From contig CAJWLU010000012.1 of the NCBI GenBank assembly GCA_913043225.1, positions 1 to 64,000 on the forward strand: a DNA stretch of 64,000 nt, in the 5' to 3' direction. This document shows, one piece after another, positions 49,040 through 58,888 of the stretch; the stretch's first letter is position 1, and every line of letters starts with the position of its first letter. The translations under genes and the position numbers were made by a program. Source of the DNA: an uncultured Acidobacteriota bacterium. Its GTDB lineage: Bacteria > Acidobacteriota > Vicinamibacteria > Vicinamibacterales > UBA8438. The notes below the pieces were generated by a model, which searched no databases, was not told the DNA's origin, and saw only the letters and a program-made list of their open reading frames with translations.

Positions 49040-50026
49040 TCACGGCACGTGGAACAGGGTGAGCGTGTCCGCGCCGGCCGCCAGGACGATGTCGTCGACG
49101 AGCGCCACCGTGCGGGTCGGCGCGCTGTGACTCGCGACCACAAAGGGGTGGCTCGGGTCGGCGACGTCGATAACTGTTAGGCCACCCCGTCCCTGGGCGA
49201 GATAGAGGAGGTCGTCCCGCGCGGTAAGCTGGACGACCCGGCCGGCGGGTTGATAGCTCCCGACCCGGGCCGGTGCCGCTACGTCGGTCAGGTTCACGAT
49301 CTCGACCAACGCCGTGGCCCCGTCGGCGATGAAGGCGGTGCGGGTGGCCGGCGCGACCGTGACCAGCTGCGTTGTCTCGCCTTCGGCGAAGTGGATGCTA
49401 GTTTCCTGCGGATCAGCAGGCGCGTCGATGCCGACCACGTGCAGGCCGTCGGGCTGGTCGGCCACCAGCCCGAGACCTGGGAGTCCGATCACGTCGCGGG
49501 AGTAGCCACCGGTCAGCCACTCGCTGAGCATGACGGGCATCGTGGGTTTGCTGACGTCGAAGACGTTCAGTCCGGTCTGATTGTTGGTGGTTAGCACGAG
49601 CTGTCCGGCCATCGCCACTGAGACGGTCTGGCCCTGACTCACCACTTCGTAGGACCCGGCCACCTGCGGCTGATCCGGATCGTCGAGCGTCACCACCACG
49701 AGTCCGATGAACCCGTTCGCCAGATAGGCCCGGTCGCCGTCGACGACTACATCCCAGACGCGGTCGGTGAGCTCGAGCTGGCCCCGGACCCGCGGTTCAG
49801 TCAGATCTGAGAGGTCTAGCACGGTCAGTGTCGAGCCGTTTCCGGCGACCCCCAGCGGGCCGTCGGCGTGTACCACGGCCGCCGTTAGCGGCAAGGTGGC
49901 CACAGGCGTGAGCGTCGATTGGGCCGCAGCCGGCGCGGTGAGGAGCAGCAAGCCGAGCCACGTGCCATGGCCGAACCGGGATCGGGCGGCGCCCAGACAG
50001 CGATGAGGGGCATACATGCGGGGCAT
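49040..50026 (-). CDS. LVIVD-repeat beta-propeller protein
   Basis: Repeats LTVLDLSD, GLVVV, GLNVFDVS, GLTVIDVADP; start uncertain. Confidence 0.82.
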   Translation of the reverse strand: MPRMYAPHRCLGAARSRFGHGTWLGLLLLTAPAAAQSTLTPVATLPLTAAVVHADGPLGVAGNGSTLTVLDLSDLTEPRVRGQLELTDRVWDVVVDGDRAYLANGFIGLVVVTLDDPDQPQVAGSYEVVSQGQTVSVAMAGQLVLTTNNQTGLNVFDVSKPTMPVMLSEWLTGGYSRDVIGLPGLGLVADQPDGLHVVGIDAPADPQETSIHFAEGETTQLVTVAPATRTAFIADGATALVEIVNLTDVAAPARVGSYQPAGRVVQLTARDDLLYLAQGRGGLTVIDVADPSHPFVVASHSAPTRTVALVDDIVLAAGADTLTLFHVP

Positions 50027-50081
50027 TCGACCATACCGGGCGCGGTTCCAGCAATGGCGGACGGTATAATCCGCCTTCGGT

Positions 50082-50741
50082 ATGCGTCCCTTTTCGACCT
50101 TTCTGTTCGACCTCGACGGCACGCTGATCGACTCCGAGGCACTCATCATGGCCTCGTTCCGTCACACCATGCGCACCCATCTCGGCGCGGTGCCGCCCGA
50201 CGAGTCGTGGCGGGCCGGCTTTGGTACGCCGCTGCGGCCGCAGCTGGCCAAGTTTGCCGATGGCCCAGAGCAGGTTCTGGCGATGACCGCCACCTACCGG
50301 GCCCATAATCTCGAGCATCACGACCGGCTCGTGCAGTCCTTCGACGGCATCCGTGCCGTAGCCGAGACGTTGCTCACCCAGGGGATGCGGCTGGCCATCG
50401 TTACCAGTAAGAATCGGGTGGCGAGCGAGCGTGGCCTGCGGCACTGCGAGCTGGACCACTTGTTCACCGTGCGGATCACGTCTGACGATGTGGTCGAACA
50501 CAAACCCAAGCCGGCGCCGGTGCTGGCGGCCCTCGAGGCGCTGGGCAGCGCCGCGGAAGAGACCGTTTTCATCGGTGATTCGCCGGCAGACTGTGAGGCG
50601 GGCCGGGCCGCCGGTGTGAGCACGGCCGCCGTGCTCTGGGGCCCGTTCACGCGGGAGCGTCTGGCGCCGCACCAGCCGGATTACTGGCTCCAGACGCCGG
50701 ACCAGATCCTGGCCCTGGCTGGGAGTAAGCAGTTGGAGTGA
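50082..50741 (+). CDS. HAD-family phosphatase (PpaX-like)
   Basis: FDLDGTLIDS, VTSK, KPKP, IGDS. Confidence 0.92.
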   Translation: MRPFSTFLFDLDGTLIDSEALIMASFRHTMRTHLGAVPPDESWRAGFGTPLRPQLAKFADGPEQVLAMTATYRAHNLEHHDRLVQSFDGIRAVAETLLTQGMRLAIVTSKNRVASERGLRHCELDHLFTVRITSDDVVEHKPKPAPVLAALEALGSAAEETVFIGDSPADCEAGRAAGVSTAAVLWGPFTRERLAPHQPDYWLQTPDQILALAGSKQLE

Positions 50742-50753
50742 AGCGAGGTGAGT

Positions 50754-51185
50754 ATGTCGATTCCCGAGGGGTATCGGAAGTTCGAGTTTATCGATCCGTT
50801 CGAAGAGCACGTCGGACCGCTCTGGTATCAGGATGGTGACGACGCTCTGCGGTTCGCGTTCAAGGCGACCGACAAGCATGCCAATACGGCGGGGCAGGTG
50901 CATGGCGGGATGCTGATGACCTTCGCCGACTTCGCCCTGTGTCTTGCGGCCATCCACGGGCTCCCGGGCGAACGCTGCGTGACGGTGTCGCTTAGTTGCG
51001 AGTTTACGGCGCCGGGCGAAGTGGGCAACCTTATCGAGTCGACGGCCGAGGTGGTCCGGCGGGGACGGTCGTTAACCTTCGTGCGCGGCGTGATCACGGC
51101 CGGCGATCGGGTGCTTCTGAGCTACAGCGGAATCGTCAAGCGCTTGCCTCGGCCGGACGATGTTACCCGCCGGGATGATGGATAA
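50754..51185 (+). CDS. PaaI-family thioesterase
   Basis: HANTAGQVHGGMLMTFAD hotdog motif. Confidence 0.9.
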   Translation: MSIPEGYRKFEFIDPFEEHVGPLWYQDGDDALRFAFKATDKHANTAGQVHGGMLMTFADFALCLAAIHGLPGERCVTVSLSCEFTAPGEVGNLIESTAEVVRRGRSLTFVRGVITAGDRVLLSYSGIVKRLPRPDDVTRRDDG

Positions 51186-51247
51186 TGTGAGGCACCGTTA
51201 GAGTGCGGCGCGTCTTGCAGAGTGCGCGCCCAGAAAGGTTCTTCAGC

Positions 51248-53212
51248 ATGCGTCCAGCCCTCAGTCTTGTGATGGGTGTCGTGGTGATCGGAAGTCTCGC
51301 GAATCCTGCGGCGGCCCAGTACGGAGCCACCGATGGTGAGTGGCGTGCGTTTGCGGGCGATGCCGGCAGCACCAAGTATTCCTCGCTCGACCAGATCGAC
51401 GCTGACAACGTCGGGTCGCTGGATATCGCGTGGCGCCGGCCGCTGGTCGATCCCTCCTACTTGGAGATGAATCCGGAACTCCGGTACTCGAACGTTTCGA
51501 GCGCGGCGCCGCTCGTCATCGACGGTGTCGGCTATGTACCGAACAGCATCGGGCTGGTCGAGGCCTTCGACGTCGAAACGGGCGAGACACTGTGGGCCCA
51601 GCCACCCTACGGCGGGATCGAAGACCTCCGGGGCGCTGGCACCCGCGGTGTGGCGTACTGGAGCGAAGGCGACGAGGAGCGGATCCTCGTCCAGCGCGGT
51701 GAGTATCTCTACGCCCTCCGCCCCGACACGGGTGCACTGTTCGACGACTTCGGCGATGGCGGTCGTGTGCATCTGACGATCGGCCTGGCCGAAGGCGCCC
51801 GTTACCGTTGGGGCGGCGCGCCCACTGTTGTCCGCGATGTGGTCGTGCTGGGACAGTCGATGTCGGACACCTTTCAGACCAAGGAGGCGATCCGGGGTGA
51901 CGTCCGGGCTTTCGACGTGCGTACGGGTGAGCTGCGCTGGGTGTTCCACACCATCCCGCAGGCGGGCGAGTTCGGCACCGATACCTGGGCGGACGATTCC
52001 TACGCCTACTCCGGTCATGCCCCGGTGTGGGCGCTGTTTGCCGCCGACGAGGAACTGGGTTACGTCTACATGCCCGTGTCTTCGCCGACCAACGACATGT
52101 ACGGCGGGCACCGAGGCGGCGACAATCTCTATGGTCAGAGCATCGTCTGCGTGGACGCCACGACGGGAGAACGGGTCTGGCACTTTCAGACGGTGCACCA
52201 CGGGCTGTGGGACTACGACCCGCCCGCCGCGCCGATCTTGATGGACCTCACTGTCGACGGGCGCGAGGTCAAGGCGGTCGTCCAGCTAACCAAGCAGGCC
52301 TTTGCGTTCGCCTTCGATCGGGTGAACGGGGATCCCATCTGGCCGATCGAGGAGCGTCCGGTCCCGCAGTCGGCGGCCCCGGGAGAGCTGACCTCGCCTA
52401 CGCAGCCGTTCCCCACGAAGCCGCCGCCGTTCGACCGCCAGGGCGCCACGATCGAGAACCTAATCGACTTCACCCCAGAACTGAGGGTGGAGGCGGTCGA
52501 GATCACTGATCGCTACGTCATCGGGCCGATGTTCACGCCGCCGTCGATTCGCGGAGACGGGCCGAACGACAGGCAGGGCACCATTCAGCTTCCCGGGTCG
52601 CAGGGCGGCGCGGACGTCCAGGGCGGGGCATTCGATCCCGAGACCGGCTATCTCTATATACCGTCGATTACGTCGCCGTTTGTTGCCGACATCCTCGAGG
52701 GCAACCCAGACCGCACGAACCTGAACTACGTGAAGGGAAGTCGGCAGTGGATCGGCGGTCCCCGGGGGCTCCCGCTCTTCAAGCCGCCCTACGGTCGGAT
52801 TACCGCCATCGACATGAACCGGGGAGAGATCGTCTGGATGACCCCTAACGGCGATGGCCCCCGGAACCACCCGGCCATCGCCCACCTTAATCTGGGCAAG
52901 CTTGGGGTGCCGGGGCGCCCGGCGCCGCTGCTCACCAAGACCCTGTTGTTCCTGGGAGAGGGCTCGACCAACTTACCCGGTGGGTCTCGGGTCCCCGAGG
53001 GGATGCCACCGCAGATCGTTACCAATTACGGTGGTCGTACCTTCCGGGCCTACGACAAAGCCACGGGTGACGTGATCTGGGAGACCGAACTGCCTGCTGG
53101 GACGCTGGCACCTCCGGTGACCTACATGGCCGGCGGACGGCAGTACCTGTTGGTCGCCACCGGTGATACCGACACGCCGGGCGAGACGCTCGCCTTCGCC
53201 TTGCCGCAGTAG
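51248..53212 (+). CDS. PQQ-dependent dehydrogenase (glucose/quinate type, soluble)
   Basis: YSSLDQI, RGVAYW, HHGLWDYD, KPPYG, TYMAGGRQY. Confidence 0.92.
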   Translation: MRPALSLVMGVVVIGSLANPAAAQYGATDGEWRAFAGDAGSTKYSSLDQIDADNVGSLDIAWRRPLVDPSYLEMNPELRYSNVSSAAPLVIDGVGYVPNSIGLVEAFDVETGETLWAQPPYGGIEDLRGAGTRGVAYWSEGDEERILVQRGEYLYALRPDTGALFDDFGDGGRVHLTIGLAEGARYRWGGAPTVVRDVVVLGQSMSDTFQTKEAIRGDVRAFDVRTGELRWVFHTIPQAGEFGTDTWADDSYAYSGHAPVWALFAADEELGYVYMPVSSPTNDMYGGHRGGDNLYGQSIVCVDATTGERVWHFQTVHHGLWDYDPPAAPILMDLTVDGREVKAVVQLTKQAFAFAFDRVNGDPIWPIEERPVPQSAAPGELTSPTQPFPTKPPPFDRQGATIENLIDFTPELRVEAVEITDRYVIGPMFTPPSIRGDGPNDRQGTIQLPGSQGGADVQGGAFDPETGYLYIPSITSPFVADILEGNPDRTNLNYVKGSRQWIGGPRGLPLFKPPYGRITAIDMNRGEIVWMTPNGDGPRNHPAIAHLNLGKLGVPGRPAPLLTKTLLFLGEGSTNLPGGSRVPEGMPPQIVTNYGGRTFRAYDKATGDVIWETELPAGTLAPPVTYMAGGRQYLLVATGDTDTPGETLAFALPQ

Positions 53213-53226
53213 CGCGTGGGGGTTCG

Positions 53227-53607
53227 CTAGAACCCGCGCTTGCGGCCCCGGAGGCCTCGACGGCTCCCCTTGGGCTTCGCTGGCTTGCGATCGAAGCCCA
53301 TACCGCCGCCCCCCATGGGTGGGCCGTCATCCATGAACGCGGGCTGTGACGCTCGCGGTGCCCGGTCGCGTGCTTCGCTCACACGGAGGTTTCGACCGTT
53401 CAGTTCGGCACCGTCCAGCTTTTCAATGGCTTGGGAAACGGCGGCCGCATCGCCGAACTCCACAAAAGCAAAGCCGCGCGGGCGATCTGTGGCGCGATCA
53501 ACGGGGAGGAAAACCTCGGTGACCTGACCAACCTGCCCGAACAGAGTTTCGAGCTCCGTCTGTGATGTTTCGTAACTAAGGTTACCGACGAAAATTCGTG
53601 AAGAAAT
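53227..53607 (-). CDS. RRM RNA-binding protein, probable ATT start
   Basis: RNP2 IFVGNL, RNP1 RGFAFVEF; GGGAGG-CAGTT-ATT; basic C-tail. Confidence 0.9.
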   Translation of the reverse strand: MSSRIFVGNLSYETSQTELETLFGQVGQVTEVFLPVDRATDRPRGFAFVEFGDAAAVSQAIEKLDGAELNGRNLRVSEARDRAPRASQPAFMDDGPPMGGGGMGFDRKPAKPKGSRRGLRGRKRGF

Positions 53608-53693
53608 AACTGCCTCCCTTGTCGACCCACGATCGCGCCACACGTCACGCGTGTCTCAGGATACTCGACGGGCATGCCGCACACAACTACTGC

Positions 53694-54386
53694 TCAGCCG
53701 CGACGCGTTCGGTCGGGAGAGCGCCTAAAGAGCGCAACGTTCGAGGCTGGGATTGCCAGACCCACGCCCCAGTGGGCGGCGATCCACCGGCAGGTCTCGG
53801 GGCAGAAAAAGCAGACGTGGGTCGGGTCGCGAATGTAGCGCGAGCCTACGAACCACTCGCGGGGCTCGGCCCACTGCGTCATCACCGCAAGCAGTCCGTT
53901 CGGCCTGAGCGATTTGAACAAGCGGTCCAGTTCGCCCCGCGGGTCTCGCAGATGCTCGACAACCTCGCTCGCGGTGATCACGTCGTAGCGCTGTTCCCAC
54001 ACCGTTGGGTCGGCCGCATAGAACGGGTCATACAACGACATCCGGAGCCCGCGTTCCTCCAGCATTCCGGCGAGCGTTGGGCTCGGCCCCGAACCGAAGT
54101 CCAGGCCAACAGCGTTGTGCGGGACCCGCTCGACCACCGGGTCCGCCAGACGGGCCAGGAAGCGACGGTAGCCGGCGTCGCCGGGTTCGTTCAGGTGCTG
54201 GTCGTACCGGGCGCGTTCGATGTCGGCCGAGACCCAGGCGTCTGGGGAGACGAAGATCAGGGCGCAGCGTCTGCACCGCCAGTAGGCCCGCTGCCGGTCT
54301 CGGTGATAGGACGGCGCCCGGTCTGCACCGCAGAGGGGACACGCGGGCGGTGTGTCGTCCCTAGCGTCGCCGGAGCGGATACTCAT
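53694..54386 (-). CDS. Class I SAM-dependent methyltransferase with N-terminal Zn motif
   Basis: CPLC...CRRC, LDFGSGP, EVVEHL, DPTHVCFF. Confidence 0.9.
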   Translation of the reverse strand: MSIRSGDARDDTPPACPLCGADRAPSYHRDRQRAYWRCRRCALIFVSPDAWVSADIERARYDQHLNEPGDAGYRRFLARLADPVVERVPHNAVGLDFGSGPSPTLAGMLEERGLRMSLYDPFYAADPTVWEQRYDVITASEVVEHLRDPRGELDRLFKSLRPNGLLAVMTQWAEPREWFVGSRYIRDPTHVCFFCPETCRWIAAHWGVGLAIPASNVALFRRSPDRTRRG

Positions 54387-54473
54387 CAAAGCAATGGTTA
54401 GATGAGCGGGGCGGTGTTACCGCCCCGCGTAGCCCAGATTCTACAACCCTCTTATCGCCGATACTGATAGCCC

Positions 54474-55370
54474 ATGGCGCCGATCGTCCACCTGGCGAGC
54501 TACAACCTGCAGCGGGGTATTAACTATCCGCACTTGCTGGAACAGTTCGGTAGTCTGCCCGAACTGCGCGATGCCGACATCATTGCGGTCCAGGAAGCTC
54601 TGGTGCCGCGTGGAGGGCGCAATACCTTGGCCCGACTGTCCGAGGACCTGAGGGCCGGCCACCGGTGGAGCTATGAGCCCGTCATGCGCTATTCCGACAA
54701 GGAGTACGGCAACGGGTTTCTCTATCGGCCGGCGGTCTCGGTACGCGACGGGCGTCGGGTGTCTCTCCCTCGAGTAGCCCGGATGGGATGGTTGGCGCGG
54801 TTCAAGACCGAGGGCGGCGTGCCCGACACGAAGTCGGCCTTTGTCCAGACGTTCGACCTGCGCGGGTGCCGGTTGCGGATCGTCAATCTGCACCTCGACT
54901 TCGCAGGCGGGGCCGAGCACCGCGTCGCGCAGTTGACCCACCTGCTCGACATGGTTGATAGCCCCCTGGGGGGCGGCCACGAAGTGGACATCCTCTGTGG
55001 AGATTTCAACACCAGCGGCCCTGTCAGCGTGCCTCGGGTGGTGGCCGATACCGATCAGGTGCTGGAGGTGGCCAGGCGTCGCGGGTTCGTCGACTGCTCG
55101 GCCGACGTGGCCTGGACCAGCGATCTGTTCACCAGCATCGACGATGCCGATCCGGCGCGTCGATGGCTTGTTCTGGGCCGGGCGCTCGGATTGCACTACC
55201 GCCAGAAACTGGACCATGTAATGGTGCGCGGAGGGGTGCCGGTGGAGCCGGCCGGCGTCGTGGCCGGCGTGGTCCGGGGATCCGGGGCCGCCTCAGACCA
55301 TTTGCCGCTTACCGTCCACATCGACCTGGTGGGGCGGTATTATCGTGAAGATAGGGAGACCGCACGATGA
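54474..55370 (+). CDS. Endonuclease/exonuclease/phosphatase family protein
   Basis: SYNL, QE, GDFN, LDH, SDHLP. Confidence 0.9.
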   Translation: MAPIVHLASYNLQRGINYPHLLEQFGSLPELRDADIIAVQEALVPRGGRNTLARLSEDLRAGHRWSYEPVMRYSDKEYGNGFLYRPAVSVRDGRRVSLPRVARMGWLARFKTEGGVPDTKSAFVQTFDLRGCRLRIVNLHLDFAGGAEHRVAQLTHLLDMVDSPLGGGHEVDILCGDFNTSGPVSVPRVVADTDQVLEVARRRGFVDCSADVAWTSDLFTSIDDADPARRWLVLGRALGLHYRQKLDHVMVRGGVPVEPAGVVAGVVRGSGAASDHLPLTVHIDLVGRYYREDRETAR

Positions 55371-55633
55371 TGACCATTCAGAACCAGACGGCTCGTTTTC
55401 TGCGGGTCCCGTTGTCTCGTGGTAAGGTGCTGCGCCTTGGTCCACGCAAGGAGGGCCAGATCTCCACCCAGGACGCCGAGCGGGAGTCGGTGAAGGCGTT
55501 GGTCGACGACGGAACCCTCAAGGTGATGGGGGTCGGACCACAGGCCGGCTCCGCCTCGCCCGCCAATCCCGCCTCGCGCGCCAACGTCCACGGCCACCTA
55601 CCGAGAGTAGCTGGACGCCGGGGCGATCGTTGA
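55367..55633 (+). CDS. Small hypothetical protein
   Basis: ATGA coupling to the EEP gene, SD GGGAG; protein-like beta/alpha pattern. Confidence 0.6.
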   Translation: MMTIQNQTARFLRVPLSRGKVLRLGPRKEGQISTQDAERESVKALVDDGTLKVMGVGPQAGSASPANPASRANVHGHLPRVAGRRGDR

Positions 55634-55714
55634 TCCGGCACGTCTGTCAATGCCAGACGTCCGGCAGGCCCCGGCTATAATCTCCGGCGTCTATCAAGCG
55701 GAGGAGTCTCGACT

Positions 55715-57832
55715 ATGCAAGGCAAGGTGATGACGCGGTGTGCCCTAGGCGCGCTGCTTGGAATGCTATCGGCGACGGCGACCCAGGCGCAGGACGGCTC
55801 GTGGCAGACCTACGGTACCGAGAATGGCGAGTGGCGGAGTTATGCCGGCAATATCGCCGGGCAGAAATACTCGCCGCTGGACCAGATCGACGGTAGCAAC
55901 TTCGAGCAGCTCGAGCTCGCCTGGAGCTGGGAGTCAGCTGACCGGATGGTCAGCCGGACCATGCCCGACGGGAGCGAGTGGTGGGCGCCACTCGAGACTA
56001 TCGTCGAGTCGCTGGTCGAGGACACCCCGGATCTGTATCGCACCAGCCATCTTCCTCGGGCTGGCGGCATGCAGGCGACGCCGCTGATGGTCGACGGCGT
56101 GCTCTACTTCAACACCGCGCTGTCCCAGGGCGTGGCGATCGACGCAACCACCGGTGAGACCATCTGGGTCTATAACCCCAAGAGCTACGAAGAGGGGACT
56201 ACCCCGATGAGCGGCACCTTCCGCCAGCGCGGCGTCGCCTACTGGACCGACGGCGAGGGTGACGAGCGGATCCTCTGGGGGACCGGCGCCGGGTATCTGG
56301 TCTGTGTCGAGGCCAAGACCGGGCGCCCGTGTCCAGATTTCGGGGACAACGGCAACGGCATGGTCGACGCTATGGTGGGCATTCCGCGGGCTGTGCGCGA
56401 GGAGCGGGACGAGCTCAACGCGATGCTCTACGGCATCCACTCGCCGCCGATCGTGGTGCGCGATAAGGTGATTCATGGTTCCCAGATTGCCGACCGCCGC
56501 CATACCAAGGAGGCGGTACCCGGCTGGGTGCGGGCCTGGGACATTAAGACCGGCCAGCACGCATGGGACTTCCACACTGTCCCGAACAGCAACGACGAGT
56601 TCGGCGCCGACACCTGGCTGAACGAGTCGTGGCGCTACTCGGGCAACGCCAACGTCTGGTCGATGTTGGCCGGCGACAACGAACTGGGGCATGTCTATCT
56701 GCCGACTGGCACAGCCACCAACGATTACTACGGAGCCGATCGGCCGGGTGACAACCTTTTCTCTGAGTCGATCATCGCCGTGGACATAGAGACCGGCGCG
56801 CGGATCTGGCACTTCCAGGCGGTGCACCACGGTTTGTGGGACTACGACTTCCCGACCCATCCAAACTTGGCGGATATTACCGTGGACGGGCGCGACATTA
56901 AGGCGCTCGTGCAGGTCAGCAAGCAGGGCTTCGTCTATACCTTCGATCGGGTCACGGGCGACCCGGTGTGGCCGATCGAAGAGCGGCCGGTGCCGACCGA
57001 AACCAACATGCCGAACGAACGGGTGTCGCCCACCCAGCCGTTCCCCACGAGACCGGAGCCGTTCGAGTATCAGGGTGTCACTATCGACGATCTTGTCGAT
57101 TTCACCCCTGAGATCAGGGAGATGGCGATCGAGGCGGTCAAGCCCTTCCGTCTGGGGCCACTCTTCACGCCAATCTCGCGGCCGGTCGAGGGCGGATGGC
57201 AGGGCACGCTGATGCGGCCCCCCGACGGCGGTGCCGCCACTTGGGCGGGCGCTGCGCTCGATCCCGAGACCGGGTGGCTTTATGTGCCGTCACGGAACCA
57301 GGCAGTGGTGATCACGATGTATGCGCCCGATCCGGCCATCGGGGCGACCGTGGCGTATACGCACGGGGCTCCGGAAGTGGACCGGCTCGCTGGCCGGGGG
57401 CCCGGGTCATCGCGGAGCGGCGCACTGATGCCGCAGGGGTTGCCGCTTCTCAAGCCGCCTTACAGCCGGATGACCGCCATCAACATGAACACCGGAGACC
57501 ATGAGTGGATGCAGCCGCTTGGCAATGGCGACCGTATTCGCAACCATCCGAGGCTGCGGGACCTCAACCTGCCACCGCTGGGCGGCGACGGGGTTGGGGG
57601 GCCGGTGCTCACTAAGACGATGGTCGTCAGCGCGCTTTCGGCCGGTGGTAGCACGGGCGGCCCGCGTCTGGTCGCGCGGTCGAAGGAGACCGGCGAGGAG
57701 TTCGGATCGGTCGACCTGCCGACCGGGGCTCTCGGAACGCCGATGACCTACATGGTCGACGGCGTCCAGTACATAGCGGTGCCGATCGGTGGGCGGCCAC
57801 CACAGATGGTCGCCTTCCGTCTGCCGGAATAG
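55715..57832 (+). CDS. PQQ-dependent dehydrogenase (glucose/quinate type, soluble)
   Basis: SD GGAGGAG; YSPLDQI, QATPL, RGVAYW, HHGLWDYD, KPPY. Confidence 0.92.
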   Translation: MQGKVMTRCALGALLGMLSATATQAQDGSWQTYGTENGEWRSYAGNIAGQKYSPLDQIDGSNFEQLELAWSWESADRMVSRTMPDGSEWWAPLETIVESLVEDTPDLYRTSHLPRAGGMQATPLMVDGVLYFNTALSQGVAIDATTGETIWVYNPKSYEEGTTPMSGTFRQRGVAYWTDGEGDERILWGTGAGYLVCVEAKTGRPCPDFGDNGNGMVDAMVGIPRAVREERDELNAMLYGIHSPPIVVRDKVIHGSQIADRRHTKEAVPGWVRAWDIKTGQHAWDFHTVPNSNDEFGADTWLNESWRYSGNANVWSMLAGDNELGHVYLPTGTATNDYYGADRPGDNLFSESIIAVDIETGARIWHFQAVHHGLWDYDFPTHPNLADITVDGRDIKALVQVSKQGFVYTFDRVTGDPVWPIEERPVPTETNMPNERVSPTQPFPTRPEPFEYQGVTIDDLVDFTPEIREMAIEAVKPFRLGPLFTPISRPVEGGWQGTLMRPPDGGAATWAGAALDPETGWLYVPSRNQAVVITMYAPDPAIGATVAYTHGAPEVDRLAGRGPGSSRSGALMPQGLPLLKPPYSRMTAINMNTGDHEWMQPLGNGDRIRNHPRLRDLNLPPLGGDGVGGPVLTKTMVVSALSAGGSTGGPRLVARSKETGEEFGSVDLPTGALGTPMTYMVDGVQYIAVPIGGRPPQMVAFRLPE

Positions 57833-57877
57833 CTCGGGCACATTAAGGTTTTGGGCCTTCTATCAGGAGCTGAACTG

Positions 57878-58888
57878 ATGCCTGCGTATCGATTGTGCGG
57901 CATCCTGCTTGTGGGGGTGAGCCTCGGGTGTTCGCCGTCTCCATCAGGGTCGCTTCCGCCGTCAGAAGCCTCATCGTCTCCTTCACCGGCCTCTTCATCG
58001 GCGCGAGAGGTAAGCACCGTTGCCACGATCGCCTTCACCGAAGGACCCACTGCCGATCAGGATGGCACGGTCTACTTCACCGACCTCCGAAACAACCGGA
58101 TCCTGCGGCTGGGTGTCGATGGCCAGGTGTCCACCTTTCGCCAGCCGAGCAACGACGCCAATGGGTTGTTGTTCGACAGCGAGTTTCGGCTGCTGGCCTG
58201 TGAGGGGGGCGACGGCGAGACGGCCCTGCCGCGAGTGACTCGTACCAACATGGTGACCGGCGAGGTCGAAGTGCTGGCTGACAGCTTCGAGGGCAAGCAG
58301 TTCCATCGCCCCAACGACCTGACCTTCGACAGTCAGGGCCGCATCTATTTCACTGATCGGCCCGGTGCCAACGTCACACCCGAGCAGACCGGCGTACATG
58401 GGGTATATCGCATCGATCCTGATGGCACCGTCGCCCGTGTCCTGACCGAGCCGGAGGTGGTGCGTCCCAATGGCATCGTCATCTCGCCTGACGACTTGAC
58501 GCTGTATGTCATCGAGACTGAACAGAGAGAGGGGGGGGCTCGTCTGATTCGCGCCTACGACTTGGCGGAGGACGGCACGGTCGGCAATCACCGGGTGTTC
58601 CACGACTTCTATCCTGGGCGGAGCGGTGACGGGATGACCATCGACAGCCAGGGCAACCTGTATGTGGCCGCTGGGCTGAACGCGTTGCGGGGGACCAGCG
58701 AGACGCTCGACACAGTGGCCGGCATCCATGTGTTCTCGCCGGCGGGTCAGCTGCTCGAGCACATCCCGATTCCCGAGGACACGATCACGAACGCAGCTTT
58801 CGGTGGCGACGATATGCGGACGCTGTATGTCACCGCCGGGAAGACGGTATACACCTTCCTGACCGACATCGAAGGGACGAGACGATGA
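57878..58888 (+). CDS. SMP-30/gluconolactonase family lipoprotein
   Basis: LGC lipobox; EGP, PNDL, PNGI, DGMTID. Confidence 0.92.
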   Translation: MPAYRLCGILLVGVSLGCSPSPSGSLPPSEASSSPSPASSSAREVSTVATIAFTEGPTADQDGTVYFTDLRNNRILRLGVDGQVSTFRQPSNDANGLLFDSEFRLLACEGGDGETALPRVTRTNMVTGEVEVLADSFEGKQFHRPNDLTFDSQGRIYFTDRPGANVTPEQTGVHGVYRIDPDGTVARVLTEPEVVRPNGIVISPDDLTLYVIETEQREGGARLIRAYDLAEDGTVGNHRVFHDFYPGRSGDGMTIDSQGNLYVAAGLNALRGTSETLDTVAGIHVFSPAGQLLEHIPIPEDTITNAAFGGDDMRTLYVTAGKTVYTFLTDIEGTRR

